A DNA stretch of 63,095 nucleotides, the filler included. It is 7 parts of 7 records of this genome, joined end to end, with 100 filler letters (N's around TTAATTAATTAA, not from the genome) between each part and the next. Parts side by side here need not be neighbours in the genome. Positions count along the whole stretch, not along the records: positions 39,762 to 58,706 come from SRR20825010_2472; positions 58,807 to 63,095 come from SRR20825010_2509; 5 more parts are not named here. The stretch is one strand, 5' to 3'. Below the pieces are notes generated by a model. The model had not been told where the DNA came from and did no database searches. It saw nothing but the letters and a program-made list of their open reading frames with translations. Of this stretch, positions 51,553 to 61,898 are shown in pieces. Made by a program: the position numbers and the translations under genes. Position 1 is the stretch's first letter; every line of letters begins with the position of its first letter.

Positions 51553-53286
51553 ATGAATCCCAATCTCGACCGTGACCCAACCCAATTGAGATCTCATCGT
51601 TGGTTCGGCCGTGACGACTTACGTTCCTTTGGCCACCGTTCTCGCCTGAAAGGGATGGGTTTCGACGACATTGACTATCGTGACCGTCCCGTTGTCGCGA
51701 TTCTGAATACTTGGAGCGAATTGAACACATGTCACTCACATTTTCGCGATCGAGCCGATGAAGTTCGCCGCGGCATCTTGCAATCCGGCGGTTTTCCCGT
51801 CGAAGTGCCGGTGATGTCGCTTGGTGAAATGATGATGAAACCCACGACGATGCTTTATCGCAACTTGCTCGCGATGGAAGTCGAAGAAGTCTTGCGGTGC
51901 CATCCGATCGACGCGGCGGTATTGATGGGTGGATGCGACAAAACAGTTCCCGCCATGTTGATGGGCGCGATCAGTGCGGACATCCCCAGCCTCTTTCTGC
52001 CCGCCGGTGCGATGCTGCGTGCTCGTTGGAAAGATCAAACGCTCGGCAGCGGCAGCGACGCGTGGAAGTATTGGGACCAACGTCTCGCAGGCAACCTTTG
52101 TGATCGAGATTGGAACCAAGTCGAAAACTGCATCGCCGCATCAGCCGGCACTTGCATGACGATGGGAACGGCCAGCACGATGGCCTGTGTCGCCGAAGCG
52201 ATGGGATGGACACTTCCATCCGCAGCCACCATCCCCGCCGTGATGGCCGACCACTCACGACTCGCCGTCGCAACAGGTCGCCGTGCCGTTGAAATGGCGT
52301 GGGAACAACTCAAACCCAGCGAGTTCTTCAACTCACGCAGCATCGACAATGGACTGACCACGTCGCTGGCCATCGGCGGCAGCACCAATGCGATCGTGCA
52401 CCTGATCGCCATCGCGGGCCGGCTCGGCGAAACACTCACGCTCGATCGCTTCGACGAACTCTCTCGGCAAACGCCCGTTCTCGGTGACCTGCGTCCCGGC
52501 GGCCGTTTCCTGATGCAAGACTTCTTCGAAGCCGGCGGACTGCCCGCGCTCCTGCAGCGTCTTCGCGACCTGCTGAATCTGGATTGTAAAACCGTCGCGG
52601 GATCAACACTCGGTGAACAAATTGCCGAAGCAGAAGTCCACGACAACGAAGTCATCCGGACTCGTGAAAACCCGGTCTCTCCAGCGGGAGGTGTCTGTTT
52701 GCTGCGTGGCAACCTGGCCCCGTCGGGCTGCGTGATCAAATCCATCGCGGCCAGCAAAAAGTTGCTGCACCATCGTGGCAAAGCCGTCGTGTTCAACAAC
52801 TATCCGGAGATGAAAGAACGGATCAACGATCCTGATTTGGAGGTGGATGAAAACAGTGTGTTGATACTGCGTTCGGCTGGTCCGCTGGGTGCCCCCGGTT
52901 TTCCGGAATGGGGCATGTTGCCGATTCCAAAGAAGCTATTGCAATCCGGTGTCACCGACATGGTCCGCATGAGCGACGCCCGCATGAGCGGAACCAGCTA
53001 CGGAACCTGCGTGCTTCACATCGCCCCAGAAAGCGCCGCGGGAGGACCGTTGTCATTGGTCGAAACCGGCGATGAGATTGAAATCAATGTTCCCGAACGG
53101 TCCATCCACTGGCACATCGACGATGACGAATTGGCTCGTCGCAAAGCGAACCAGCCTGGCGCCGCACCCGAACCCACTCGCGGATACATGAAGCTCTATG
53201 CGAAACATGTGACCCAAGCCGACCAGGGGTGCGACTTCGACTTCCTCGCCGGACGCTCCCCCGGCGAAGAACCCGCCATCCATTGA
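51553..53286 (+). CDS. IlvD/Edd-family sugar-acid dehydratase (L-arabinonate dehydratase-like)
   Basis: NTCH, GCDKT, CMTMGTASTM, GGSTNA, SDARMSGTSYG. Confidence 0.9.
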   Translation: MNPNLDRDPTQLRSHRWFGRDDLRSFGHRSRLKGMGFDDIDYRDRPVVAILNTWSELNTCHSHFRDRADEVRRGILQSGGFPVEVPVMSLGEMMMKPTTMLYRNLLAMEVEEVLRCHPIDAAVLMGGCDKTVPAMLMGAISADIPSLFLPAGAMLRARWKDQTLGSGSDAWKYWDQRLAGNLCDRDWNQVENCIAASAGTCMTMGTASTMACVAEAMGWTLPSAATIPAVMADHSRLAVATGRRAVEMAWEQLKPSEFFNSRSIDNGLTTSLAIGGSTNAIVHLIAIAGRLGETLTLDRFDELSRQTPVLGDLRPGGRFLMQDFFEAGGLPALLQRLRDLLNLDCKTVAGSTLGEQIAEAEVHDNEVIRTRENPVSPAGGVCLLRGNLAPSGCVIKSIAASKKLLHHRGKAVVFNNYPEMKERINDPDLEVDENSVLILRSAGPLGAPGFPEWGMLPIPKKLLQSGVTDMVRMSDARMSGTSYGTCVLHIAPESAAGGPLSLVETGDEIEINVPERSIHWHIDDDELARRKANQPGAAPEPTRGYMKLYAKHVTQADQGCDFDFLAGRSPGEEPAIH

Positions 53287-53296
53287 TCCAATGCGA

Positions 53297-55297
53297 TCAC
53301 AGCGAAGGAATTGACATCCCCGAACCGCCACCCGATCGAGTCATCGGCATGCGTGGGACACCAACCCGAGGTGTCGGTTTGGGGATCGAACGAGCCTGGA
53401 CTTCAATTCCAAACGGTTTCTCCAGTTCCCAATTCGCAAGCTTCGCCCACGGCGTGTCGGAATGCCTGCTGGCACACTCGTTCAACATTTGAGTGGCTTG
53501 CTCAGCCAGCGCCGCACCGCGAGAGGTGCTCATTCGATATGAAGGCATGAAATTCACCATGTTCGTATCAGGTTGAATGAATTCACTCGCTGATTCACAC
53601 GCCGCGATGTATTCGTGATACCGAGCCATTGCCGCCAAGGTTCTTCCGCGTGCCAAAATGAATGCGGCCCGCCAACGTTCGGTCTCTTCCCCGCGAAGCA
53701 GTTCTTGCCAATTGTGCGTCTTCGATTCCGACAACAACGCATCGAGTGAGTTCAACGCGTCTTCACTCTTTGACCGCTCCCGTTTGATCCGATTACCAAA
53801 TTGCGTTCGGAAAGCAGATGGCGTCAAATACATTGCGGTGAATTGCATTGGATTGATCGCAGACCGCTCGCCCATGAACAACATCCGGGGTGCAGCAAAC
53901 CGCTCTTTCTCTCGCATCGTCAAATCTGCGGCCTGCACCACAAATGATCGCAGCAAACTATCGCGAGCCGACATCCGGATGTCCGTCTCGGAACGATAAC
54001 TTGGCATGTACTGACGCAACTTCTCAACGTCGTATTGATCCGAGACGCCATCATCGTAAAGAGTGAACGTTCCGCCGGTTTGCAACGCCAATCGAGTCAG
54101 TCCGTAGGGACCAAACCCCGACAAGACGCGTTCGCGATAGGCGGTTCCATACGACGGCAATGCAGCCACCGGTTGCACCTTCACCAATTGCAGTTCAACG
54201 TCCGCCTCATGCCAGTACGGCAAAAAGATTCGCTGAGGCACCGCCGACTCGGGACCACGATCAACCGTCAAATAGAATTCCGCACCACCTCGTTGGCCGG
54301 ACGCCCATCGCTGCAATCCTTTTTGCATCCCCATCACCGCGGTTGGCCCGAGAACATGCACCACCGCTTTGGCTTCGCGACAATTCGCAATCGTGTACTC
54401 CAGCTTTTGAACATCGTCGCCAGACTCATCCGTCAACAAAACCACCATCAATCGTTCTTTGCGTTTCGCTTTGTAACGGTAGTGGTTCAGAACGTTGTCG
54501 ACCGCCGTCATCGTGTTCTCGATGCCGCTTGAATCGACGGGAACCCGCGTCATCGCGTCAATCGCATTGACACCAACCAGCGATGGAGGCGAAACCTCAT
54601 TGATCCCTTTGCCAAACGCAACGACACTGCTGAACAACCGATGCCGCTCAATTCCATCCGACGTGTCAGGTCGCGACAACGCGCCGATCTCGTCATAGAA
54701 CTCGCGAATTCGCCGGGCCATCCGGTCGCGGTTGAGTTGCAAGCTGATGGAAGCATCCAGCAACCAAACAACCAACGTGTCGCCTTGTTTCAACTCACCG
54801 CGAATCGCATTTTCGATCGACTGGGTCGCCGATTCGATCCCATCGGCTGAGCCAATTTGCTGAGTTGTCGAGACGATTCGTTCGGCTGGCGCACCACCTG
54901 TTTCCGCCATCATTTTTCGAATCGATGCCAGCCGAGTCTCGGGTGTCGACTGTAGCATTTCCAACGAAGAGGCCTGCAAGCCCGCTAAGGCCGGCATCAA
55001 TTCGGGCAACTCAACTTCCGTCAACTCTGATGTTGACGAAGTCTCGACCGGCTCCTCTTCAAATTCGGAATCACCCAAGTCCGGCATTTCGAGCGACGCG
55101 ATCGGCATCAGAGAGAATGCCGCGTCCTGTTCACCCAAATCTGCGAAACTTGCGGTGATCAATTGACCTTCGCGATCCATCCAGTCGGGAAAGACCCACA
55201 GCCCCATCACCAGCAACGCGGCGGTGTGAAAGATCATCGATATCAACCAAGGATGATCTTTCAGGTGCAATCGGATCTCTGCCAACGTGTCACGCAT
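53297..55297 (-). CDS. Membrane-anchored vWA domain protein
   Basis: S..FH TM anchor, MIDAS DASIS, TDESGDD. Confidence 0.85.
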   Translation of the reverse strand: MRDTLAEIRLHLKDHPWLISMIFHTAALLVMGLWVFPDWMDREGQLITASFADLGEQDAAFSLMPIASLEMPDLGDSEFEEEPVETSSTSELTEVELPELMPALAGLQASSLEMLQSTPETRLASIRKMMAETGGAPAERIVSTTQQIGSADGIESATQSIENAIRGELKQGDTLVVWLLDASISLQLNRDRMARRIREFYDEIGALSRPDTSDGIERHRLFSSVVAFGKGINEVSPPSLVGVNAIDAMTRVPVDSSGIENTMTAVDNVLNHYRYKAKRKERLMVVLLTDESGDDVQKLEYTIANCREAKAVVHVLGPTAVMGMQKGLQRWASGQRGGAEFYLTVDRGPESAVPQRIFLPYWHEADVELQLVKVQPVAALPSYGTAYRERVLSGFGPYGLTRLALQTGGTFTLYDDGVSDQYDVEKLRQYMPSYRSETDIRMSARDSLLRSFVVQAADLTMREKERFAAPRMLFMGERSAINPMQFTAMYLTPSAFRTQFGNRIKRERSKSEDALNSLDALLSESKTHNWQELLRGEETERWRAAFILARGRTLAAMARYHEYIAACESASEFIQPDTNMVNFMPSYRMSTSRGAALAEQATQMLNECASRHSDTPWAKLANWELEKPFGIEVQARSIPKPTPRVGVPRMPMTRSGGGSGMSIPSL

Positions 55298-56913
55298 CAG
55301 TCGAGCGCTCGAAGAGGGAATTGTTCGCTAGGAACGTGCTGTTGTTTGGCGATGGCTTCGATCTTGGCCATCACATCGGGATGCGATGCGCTCACGTCGT
55401 TTGACTCTGCCAAATCCTTCGACAAGTCATACAGAGCAAACGCCGGAGGTTCGGTTTGCCCCTTCTTGAGTCGTTTGGAAAGGTCTTTGCGGATCGCTTT
55501 CCAGTTCCCCATCCGGACCGCTTGTTGACCGCTGTAACCTGGGAATTCCCAGTACAGAAATTCGTGGTTCTGTTGAGCGGCATCGTCACCGTGAAGCAAT
55601 GGCAAGAAGGAGATCCCATCCGTCGTGCTCGCATCCACTTCGACACCAGCCGCGTCGGTGATCGTCGGCAAGAAATCCCACCACGCACCGATCCAATCAG
55701 AAGTTCGGCCAGCCGGAACAACACCGGTTTGGCGAGCGATCATCGGCACTCGAATCCCGCCTTCATCGAGTTGCCCCTTCAATCCTTTCATGCCGGACGC
55801 TGAGTTGAAGTAGTCGCTGTCCGATCCACCCAACCGATCGTAAGTGGGACCGTTGTCCGATGTGAACATGATCAACGTGTTCTCACCCAAGCCTAATGAA
55901 TCCACCAGGTCGACGATCTGGCCCACACCTTCATCCATTCGTGTCACCATCGCGGCATAACCCGCGCGTGGTCGAGGGTGTTTCAGATAACCGTGATGCT
56001 CATAGTCGGCTTCTTCGATCACGCCTTCGTACGCATCGACCTCTTCCTCTGGAACTTGAATCGAAAGGTGAGGCACCGCGAATGGGAGGTAAGCGAAGAA
56101 AGGTTGCGTCTTGTCTTCGGCGACACTTTGACGGATGAATTCACAGGCTTCGTTGACAAACTGATCTTGCGAATACGTCTCGCCGTGCAACGTGCGATCA
56201 TTCCCGGGCTGAACTTCTTTGACTCGGTTCCGCCACAGAAAATTCGGGTAGTGATTGTGTGCGTGACGCTGGCAATTGAACCCATAAAACAGATCGAAGC
56301 CTTGTTCGTTTGGATCGCCCGTGGTTCCGAAATGTCCCAGCCCCCATTTTCCAAACGCACCCGTGCGATAGCCAACTGATTTCAGATATTCCGCAATCGT
56401 GACTTCATCGACGGGGAGCGGGTACTGACCGGGGAATTCGAGCTTCAGTGCTTCTCGAACGGCAGGATCAATCTTGGGATCACCGTTGTTTCGAACGTGT
56501 GCGTGACCAGGGTGCTTCCCCGTCATCAAACAACAACGACTCGGCGCGCACACCGCATTGCCGGAATAGAAATTAGTCAGCTTGATTCCCTCGGCAGCCA
56601 ACTGATCCAGTCGAGGCGTCCGAATCTTGGTTTGCCCATAGCACCCCAGTTCGCCATAGCCCAAATCATCGGCAACGATCAGCACAATGTTGGGGCGCGA
56701 CGCGGTCGCGTCCTTTGCGATCGGCTCTTCGGCGGAAACCGTGGTCGAATCCAAGTTGGGAACGCCCGCAACGCAGACGAGCAACAAGGCCCAACGGACC
56801 CATTTTCGAGAGGGCATCAAGACGGCTTGGTTCATGTTGTGCTTCAAGGTGTAAAAAGACTCGTGGTTCATAATCACGTCGCGAAATCTCTGGCGACGCC
56901 TTCCCGCCTGCAC
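55297..56913 (-). CDS. Arylsulfatase (start uncertain)
   Basis: [28 protein letters not shown]. Confidence 0.92.
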   Translation of the reverse strand: MQAGRRRQRFRDVIMNHESFYTLKHNMNQAVLMPSRKWVRWALLLVCVAGVPNLDSTTVSAEEPIAKDATASRPNIVLIVADDLGYGELGCYGQTKIRTPRLDQLAAEGIKLTNFYSGNAVCAPSRCCLMTGKHPGHAHVRNNGDPKIDPAVREALKLEFPGQYPLPVDEVTIAEYLKSVGYRTGAFGKWGLGHFGTTGDPNEQGFDLFYGFNCQRHAHNHYPNFLWRNRVKEVQPGNDRTLHGETYSQDQFVNEACEFIRQSVAEDKTQPFFAYLPFAVPHLSIQVPEEEVDAYEGVIEEADYEHHGYLKHPRPRAGYAAMVTRMDEGVGQIVDLVDSLGLGENTLIMFTSDNGPTYDRLGGSDSDYFNSASGMKGLKGQLDEGGIRVPMIARQTGVVPAGRTSDWIGAWWDFLPTITDAAGVEVDASTTDGISFLPLLHGDDAAQQNHEFLYWEFPGYSGQQAVRMGNWKAIRKDLSKRLKKGQTEPPAFALYDLSKDLAESNDVSASHPDVMAKIEAIAKQQHVPSEQFPLRALD

Positions 56914-57035
56914 CCCAGTGTCACCGTTTGAAATTCGCCAGTCAAATCACGAGGCGATCTCACGCGAGATTTCATCGGAGCATCACCGCAATTCATCCCG
57001 AACGGGACTTGCGTCACCGTTGCGAACTTGCGATT

Positions 57036-58703
57036 TCAACGAGAGGCCGGCGTTTCTTCCGGCAGCTTCCATTCCGAAGGCGGCCAGGTTTCCGGAGCGG
57101 GCAATTGAGATTCCACGGCGGGGCCGACCAGCGAGGGGTATCGCTGCAGTGCCTGATCAAGCCGACTTCGCACGTTCTGATTTGCCACTGCCAGTGGAGT
57201 CGTTTCATTCGGATCGTTCGTCAAATCGAACAACTCACCCGCTTTCAGCTTCCAACGATCCGAGACAACCGTTTCCGCATCCAGCAAAATCGTTCGCTCC
57301 GGTGGCGAAGCCTTTCCAGACAGGAACGGCAACAGATTGATTCCGTCCGTTTCCTCTGGCGGTGGGCCTCCCGCAGCGGCAACCATGGTTGGCAACAGAT
57401 CGACATAGCTGGTCACCGAGTCGTAGGCAATTCCCGCCGGAAGCTCGCGCGGCCAACGCATCATCGCCACAACACGCACGCCGCCTTCCCAAGTCGTGAA
57501 CTTGTTCCCACGCAGGGGCTCGTTGCTGCCACCATGCTTCGGATCGGCCCCGTTGTCACTGTGGAAAACGACCAACGTGTTTTCTCGCATCCCGTTCCGA
57601 TCGATCGCATCCAAGATTCGACCGATCTGTCGATCCATCGCAGTCGTCATTGCCGCGAACGTTTGGCGAATTGAATTGCCCTTGCCTCGTTTGCCATAGT
57701 CCAACGCCTTTTCGCGTTTGGCAATTTTGCGATCCGTGTTCGGTGCGAGCTTGCCGGTGGGATCAAATCCATATTCATCGAGATCAGACCGCAATGCTTG
57801 CAGTGGCGAGTGCGGAGCATTGAACGCCACGTAGGCATAAACCGGACCTGCGTTCGCGTTGCGATCGATGAAATCAACAACAGCGTTGCCGACCGTTTCA
57901 GTCGAGTAGCCCTCTTCGTGCACGCTGTCAAAATCGCGATGCCAATCCAACTGGCCAAAACGTTCTCGACTGAAGTAATCGATCGCTCCGTTGTAGTGGC
58001 CATAGAACTCCGTCATCCCATGGTGAAGCGGATGAAACAAAGTCGACGCCAGTCCCAAGTGCCACTTGCCAAACATCGCCCGATGATCGTAGCCCAGCTT
58101 CGACAAATGTTCCGGCGTCGTTTCGAGCTGCGGTGGCAGGCCGTGCTTCTTGGTTGGCGAGACCACACCGCCCCAGATGCCGAAACGAAACGGGTACAAA
58201 CCGGTCAGCACACCCGCCCGAGTCGGCGAGCAAATGGGAGTCACATAAAACCGATCGAGAGTCACTGACTCGCTGGCAAGCCGATCGATGTTGGGTGTGC
58301 GGATTTCGCTGCCATGAAAGCCAACATCATTCCATCCCAAATCATCCGCAATGATGTGCACGATGTGCGGCGGTTGGCTACCGCCATTGGTCTCTGCCGA
58401 AACATTCGCCCCAACGAAAGCAAAGCATGTCATGATCGCGAATGGAAACGCCATTTTCAGATCGCAAGCACAATGGCTGAAGAGACTTCGAATTCGATCC
58501 GCCATGCCGATACCGTCTCCCACCACGCCAAAACAAATCCCATTGGCCCGCCGCCAATTCCTTTGCCCAGCAATATAGCAGCGAGACGTTGAGAGTTTCT
58601 TGATAGCCCCCAACCGTTTCACCCTCCTAGCAAGAGGGTGAAGACGGCTTGCCCGTTGAAGTGAGAAATGAGTGGTTGAGGTGGCCTGGGTTTTGGGGGC
58701 CAC
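57036..58703 (-). CDS. Arylsulfatase B-like (true start probably about 58450-58510)
   Basis: IIADDLGWND, CSPTRA, GKWHLG, APHSP, SDNG. Confidence 0.9.
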   Translation of the reverse strand: MAPKTQATSTTHFSLQRASRLHPLARRVKRLGAIKKLSTSRCYIAGQRNWRRANGICFGVVGDGIGMADRIRSLFSHCACDLKMAFPFAIMTCFAFVGANVSAETNGGSQPPHIVHIIADDLGWNDVGFHGSEIRTPNIDRLASESVTLDRFYVTPICSPTRAGVLTGLYPFRFGIWGGVVSPTKKHGLPPQLETTPEHLSKLGYDHRAMFGKWHLGLASTLFHPLHHGMTEFYGHYNGAIDYFSRERFGQLDWHRDFDSVHEEGYSTETVGNAVVDFIDRNANAGPVYAYVAFNAPHSPLQALRSDLDEYGFDPTGKLAPNTDRKIAKREKALDYGKRGKGNSIRQTFAAMTTAMDRQIGRILDAIDRNGMRENTLVVFHSDNGADPKHGGSNEPLRGNKFTTWEGGVRVVAMMRWPRELPAGIAYDSVTSYVDLLPTMVAAAGGPPPEETDGINLLPFLSGKASPPERTILLDAETVVSDRWKLKAGELFDLTNDPNETTPLAVANQNVRSRLDQALQRYPSLVGPAVESQLPAPETWPPSEWKLPEETPASR

Positions 58704-58706
58704 GCG

Positions 58707-58806
58707 NNNNNNNNNNNNNNNNNNNNNNNNNNNNNNNNNNNNNNNNNNNNTTAATTAATTAANNNNNNNNNNNNNNNNNNNNNNNNNNNNNNNNNNNNNN
58801 NNNNNN
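58707..58806. other. Artificial contig spacer
   Basis: N-run + TTAATTAATTAA + N-run. Confidence 0.99.
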
Positions 58807-59958
58807 ACCATGGGCGGCGGCATTGCCATGAACTTCCTCAACGCAGGTATCCCGGTCACTATCGTAGAGACCAAACAGGAAGCTCTTGATCGCGGTCTTG
58901 GTGTCATCCGCAAGAACTACGAGAACACAGCCAAAAAAGGTCGCATCAGCGCTGACGATGTCGAAAAGCGTATGGGCCTGCTGAAAGGCACTTTGGCACT
59001 GGAAGACCTCGGCCAAGCCGACCTCATTATCGAGGCCATCTTCGAAAATATGGATGTGAAGAAAGACGTCTTCGGCAAGCTCGACAAGATCGCCAAAAAA
59101 GGCGCCATTCTCGCCACCAATACATCGGCATTAAACATTGACGAGATCGCGACAGCAGTATCGCGTCCCGAAGCCGTGATCGGTCTCCACTTCTTCTCGC
59201 CTGCCAATGTGATGAAACTGCTCGAAGTTGTACGCGCTGACAAGACTTCAAAATCGGTTATTGCGACATCCATGGCTATCGCCAAGAAAATCGGCAAGAT
59301 TGCGGCTCTCGTAGGCGTTTGCCCCGGCTTCGTCGGCAACCGCATTCTCGCACAGCGTCAGCGCGAAGCACAGAAGCTGGTGCTGGAAGGCGCAATGCCG
59401 TGGGACGTTGATCGCGTTCTCTATGATTTCGGCCTGCCCATGGGCCCCTTCGCCATGTCCGATCTGGCCGGTCTTGACCTGGGCTGGTCAAAAGAGAAGT
59501 CGAAAGGCGAAACCATCCGAGATCAACTATGCGAACTGGACCGTCGCGGCCAAAAAACCGGCGCTGGCTACTACGACTATGATGAAAATCGCAATGCCAA
59601 GCCGTCCAAAGTGACTGAGGACATTATTACGAAGTTTGCCGATCAGAAGGGCATCAACCGTCGCCAGATTTCTGATCAGGAAATTCTAGAACGTTGCATC
59701 TACCCGATGATCAACGAAGGCGCGAAAATCTTAGAAGAAGGTAAGGCAATCCGAGCCTCTGACATCGATATCGTATGGATTAACGGCTACGGCTGGCCGG
59801 TCTATCGCGGCGGCCCGATGTTCTACGGCGACACAGTCGGCCTGGATAAGGTTTTGGCAAAAATGAAGGAATTCCAGGCCCAGATGGGCGATGACTTCAA
59901 GCCTTCTGCTCTTCTCGAAAAGCTGGTGGCAGAGGGTAAGGGGTTCAAAGACCTCTAA
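58807..59958 (+). CDS. 3-hydroxyacyl-CoA dehydrogenase (FadB/FadN-like, 5'-truncated)
   Basis: TMGGGIA, IEAIFE, TNTS, HFFSPA, GFVGNR, PMGPF. Confidence 0.93.
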   Translation, partial: TMGGGIAMNFLNAGIPVTIVETKQEALDRGLGVIRKNYENTAKKGRISADDVEKRMGLLKGTLALEDLGQADLIIEAIFENMDVKKDVFGKLDKIAKKGAILATNTSALNIDEIATAVSRPEAVIGLHFFSPANVMKLLEVVRADKTSKSVIATSMAIAKKIGKIAALVGVCPGFVGNRILAQRQREAQKLVLEGAMPWDVDRVLYDFGLPMGPFAMSDLAGLDLGWSKEKSKGETIRDQLCELDRRGQKTGAGYYDYDENRNAKPSKVTEDIITKFADQKGINRRQISDQEILERCIYPMINEGAKILEEGKAIRASDIDIVWINGYGWPVYRGGPMFYGDTVGLDKVLAKMKEFQAQMGDDFKPSALLEKLVAEGKGFKDL

Positions 59959-59980
59959 TCTTTAAGTTCAAATCACTCTG

Positions 59981-60008
59981 AAAGGGCGGCGTCAAGCCGC
60001 CCTTTTTT
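59981..60008 (+). terminator. Intrinsic terminator
   Basis: AAAGGGCGGC GTCAA GCCGCCCTTTTTT. Confidence 0.88.
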
Positions 60009-60106
60009 ATGCATACTGAAATTTCATTCAAATCCGCAGAGTGACTTGAACCAAATTCGGAGACTATGATGAAATCTTAATATGGTTCGAACAACCCGGA
60101 TCGCTA

Positions 60107-61849
60107 ATGAACCTTGTGCCCCCCCCCGAAATCAAAAAGGCAGACACGACTGCATGGTTCATCCGTGAAGGCGATTTGGGACGCCAATCACTTAAAGGAG
60201 TGGCCGTTCTCAGCGGAATGGGGGCTGCCTATGGCGCGCTTATTGTCGGACCTTCGGTGCTGACACCTTTCGAATTCTGGTCAGCACTTGCCTTCATTCC
60301 ACTAGCCATAGCAGCTTTCCTATACGTCCAGTTCCGACCAGATCGGGCCGTACAAAATCTTGGCTATCCGGTAACCATCTTTGCCGGTTTCTATATTGTC
60401 ATCAATTCGTGGTCTGCCGCCTTACTGGCAGCAAGTCCCGCACATATCATTGTCCATCTAGCATGGACTACCCCATTGGCGATATTTGCTTTCATCTTGC
60501 TGCCCCGTGCACATGCAATGGCGGCAAGTATATCCATATCTGCTTTGCAAGCATTTGCCGTGTTCGCACTTAGACAACGTTTTCCTGGCACCGAATACGA
60601 CATCATATTCATCGTCCAAATGGTTTGGATTCTGGCACAGGCTGTCTGTATTGCTCTTGTCTTCGGTGCGACGCGTCTGATCGAAGTCAATCAAGCTGAG
60701 CGGTTGAGCATGTCGCTCAAGCTGGAACAAGTTGAACAAGAAAGACTGAGGCTCACACAACTCAAGGAACAAAAAGACCGTTACAAAAGGCTGATCACAT
60801 ATTCGCTAGACGTCGTCGCCGAAATCAATCCCGACGGCACATTGCTAGATATCAGCAAAAACTGTCGTGACCTTACAGGTCACACACGCGATGAGTTGCT
60901 GAATAAAAACCTTGCTGACCTCATTACACCACAAACTCTTGAGCGAGTTATTAGGGCATTCGATTCCGTTCTCGCAGGACAGCCCTCAAACACCATTGAA
61001 GTACATCTGCTAGGTAAAAACGGAACAACCGTACCCATTCTAGTTTCTGCCGTATTTTCACCCGATGACAACATCCTATTTGTCGTCGCCCGCGATCTAC
61101 GCGCCCGCATAGCGCAAGAAGAACGCGAACGTCATGCTTCACGACTCGAAGCACTCGGGCAGCTTACCGGCGGTATTGCTCATGACTTCAATAATCTGTT
61201 GACCGTCATGTTCGGCGAAGTCGAACGTTTGGAAGAAGTGTTTGAACAAAAAGGCCTGAGCGACCTGGATCTATCACGCCTTCAGCGAGCAACAGACGGC
61301 GCCTTTGACCTTACAAGCAGGTTGTTGGCTTTCTCGCGCAAGGAACCTCTTCATCTTGCACGCACCAATCTGAAGTCTACACTTGAGAGCTCGATGGGGT
61401 TGCTGTCATCAACAATTGGCGCGAATTTCAGCCTGTCATGCCACGCTGAAGATGCGTGGGCCTACATTGATGCGCCAGAGCTTCAAGCTGCAATCATCAA
61501 CCTTACTGTAAATGCACGTGACGCCATGCCAAAGGGCGGAAAAATCGAATTGCAAGCAGGTACGATTCATCTCGAAGACCCTTTACAATTTCCATGGGGA
61601 CAAATCAAAACCGGCGACTATGCCTTCATAAAGGTCATAGACCATGGCTGCGGCATTCCCGCCGACGTCCTGCCAAAAGTGGTGGAACCCTATTTCACAA
61701 CAAAAGGTCTTGGTATGGGCACCGGACTCGGCGTTAGCATGGCTATGCAACTTGTCGAAAAGCTCGGCGGCGGCTTGGGCATTGAAAGTACTGAGAACCA
61801 AGGAACCACTGTTACATTGTTCATCCCGCAAGATGACAATGGGAATTAA
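60107..61849 (+). CDS. Multi-TM PAS sensor histidine kinase
   Basis: About six TMs, PAS, GGIAHDFNNLL, NL.VNARDAM, D.G.GI, PYFTTK, GTGLG; no receiver domain. Confidence 0.92.
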   Translation: MNLVPPPEIKKADTTAWFIREGDLGRQSLKGVAVLSGMGAAYGALIVGPSVLTPFEFWSALAFIPLAIAAFLYVQFRPDRAVQNLGYPVTIFAGFYIVINSWSAALLAASPAHIIVHLAWTTPLAIFAFILLPRAHAMAASISISALQAFAVFALRQRFPGTEYDIIFIVQMVWILAQAVCIALVFGATRLIEVNQAERLSMSLKLEQVEQERLRLTQLKEQKDRYKRLITYSLDVVAEINPDGTLLDISKNCRDLTGHTRDELLNKNLADLITPQTLERVIRAFDSVLAGQPSNTIEVHLLGKNGTTVPILVSAVFSPDDNILFVVARDLRARIAQEERERHASRLEALGQLTGGIAHDFNNLLTVMFGEVERLEEVFEQKGLSDLDLSRLQRATDGAFDLTSRLLAFSRKEPLHLARTNLKSTLESSMGLLSSTIGANFSLSCHAEDAWAYIDAPELQAAIINLTVNARDAMPKGGKIELQAGTIHLEDPLQFPWGQIKTGDYAFIKVIDHGCGIPADVLPKVVEPYFTTKGLGMGTGLGVSMAMQLVEKLGGGLGIESTENQGTTVTLFIPQDDNGN

Positions 61850-61898
61850 TCCTGCAACCCGTAATGGGAGTTGTAAGGTATTACCGCTGTTTACCGCC

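Noticed and set aside
39763-55297. MoxR-DUF58-vWA as a single operon
   Set aside because: The vWA gene is more than 11 kb away on the opposite strand with unrelated genes between.
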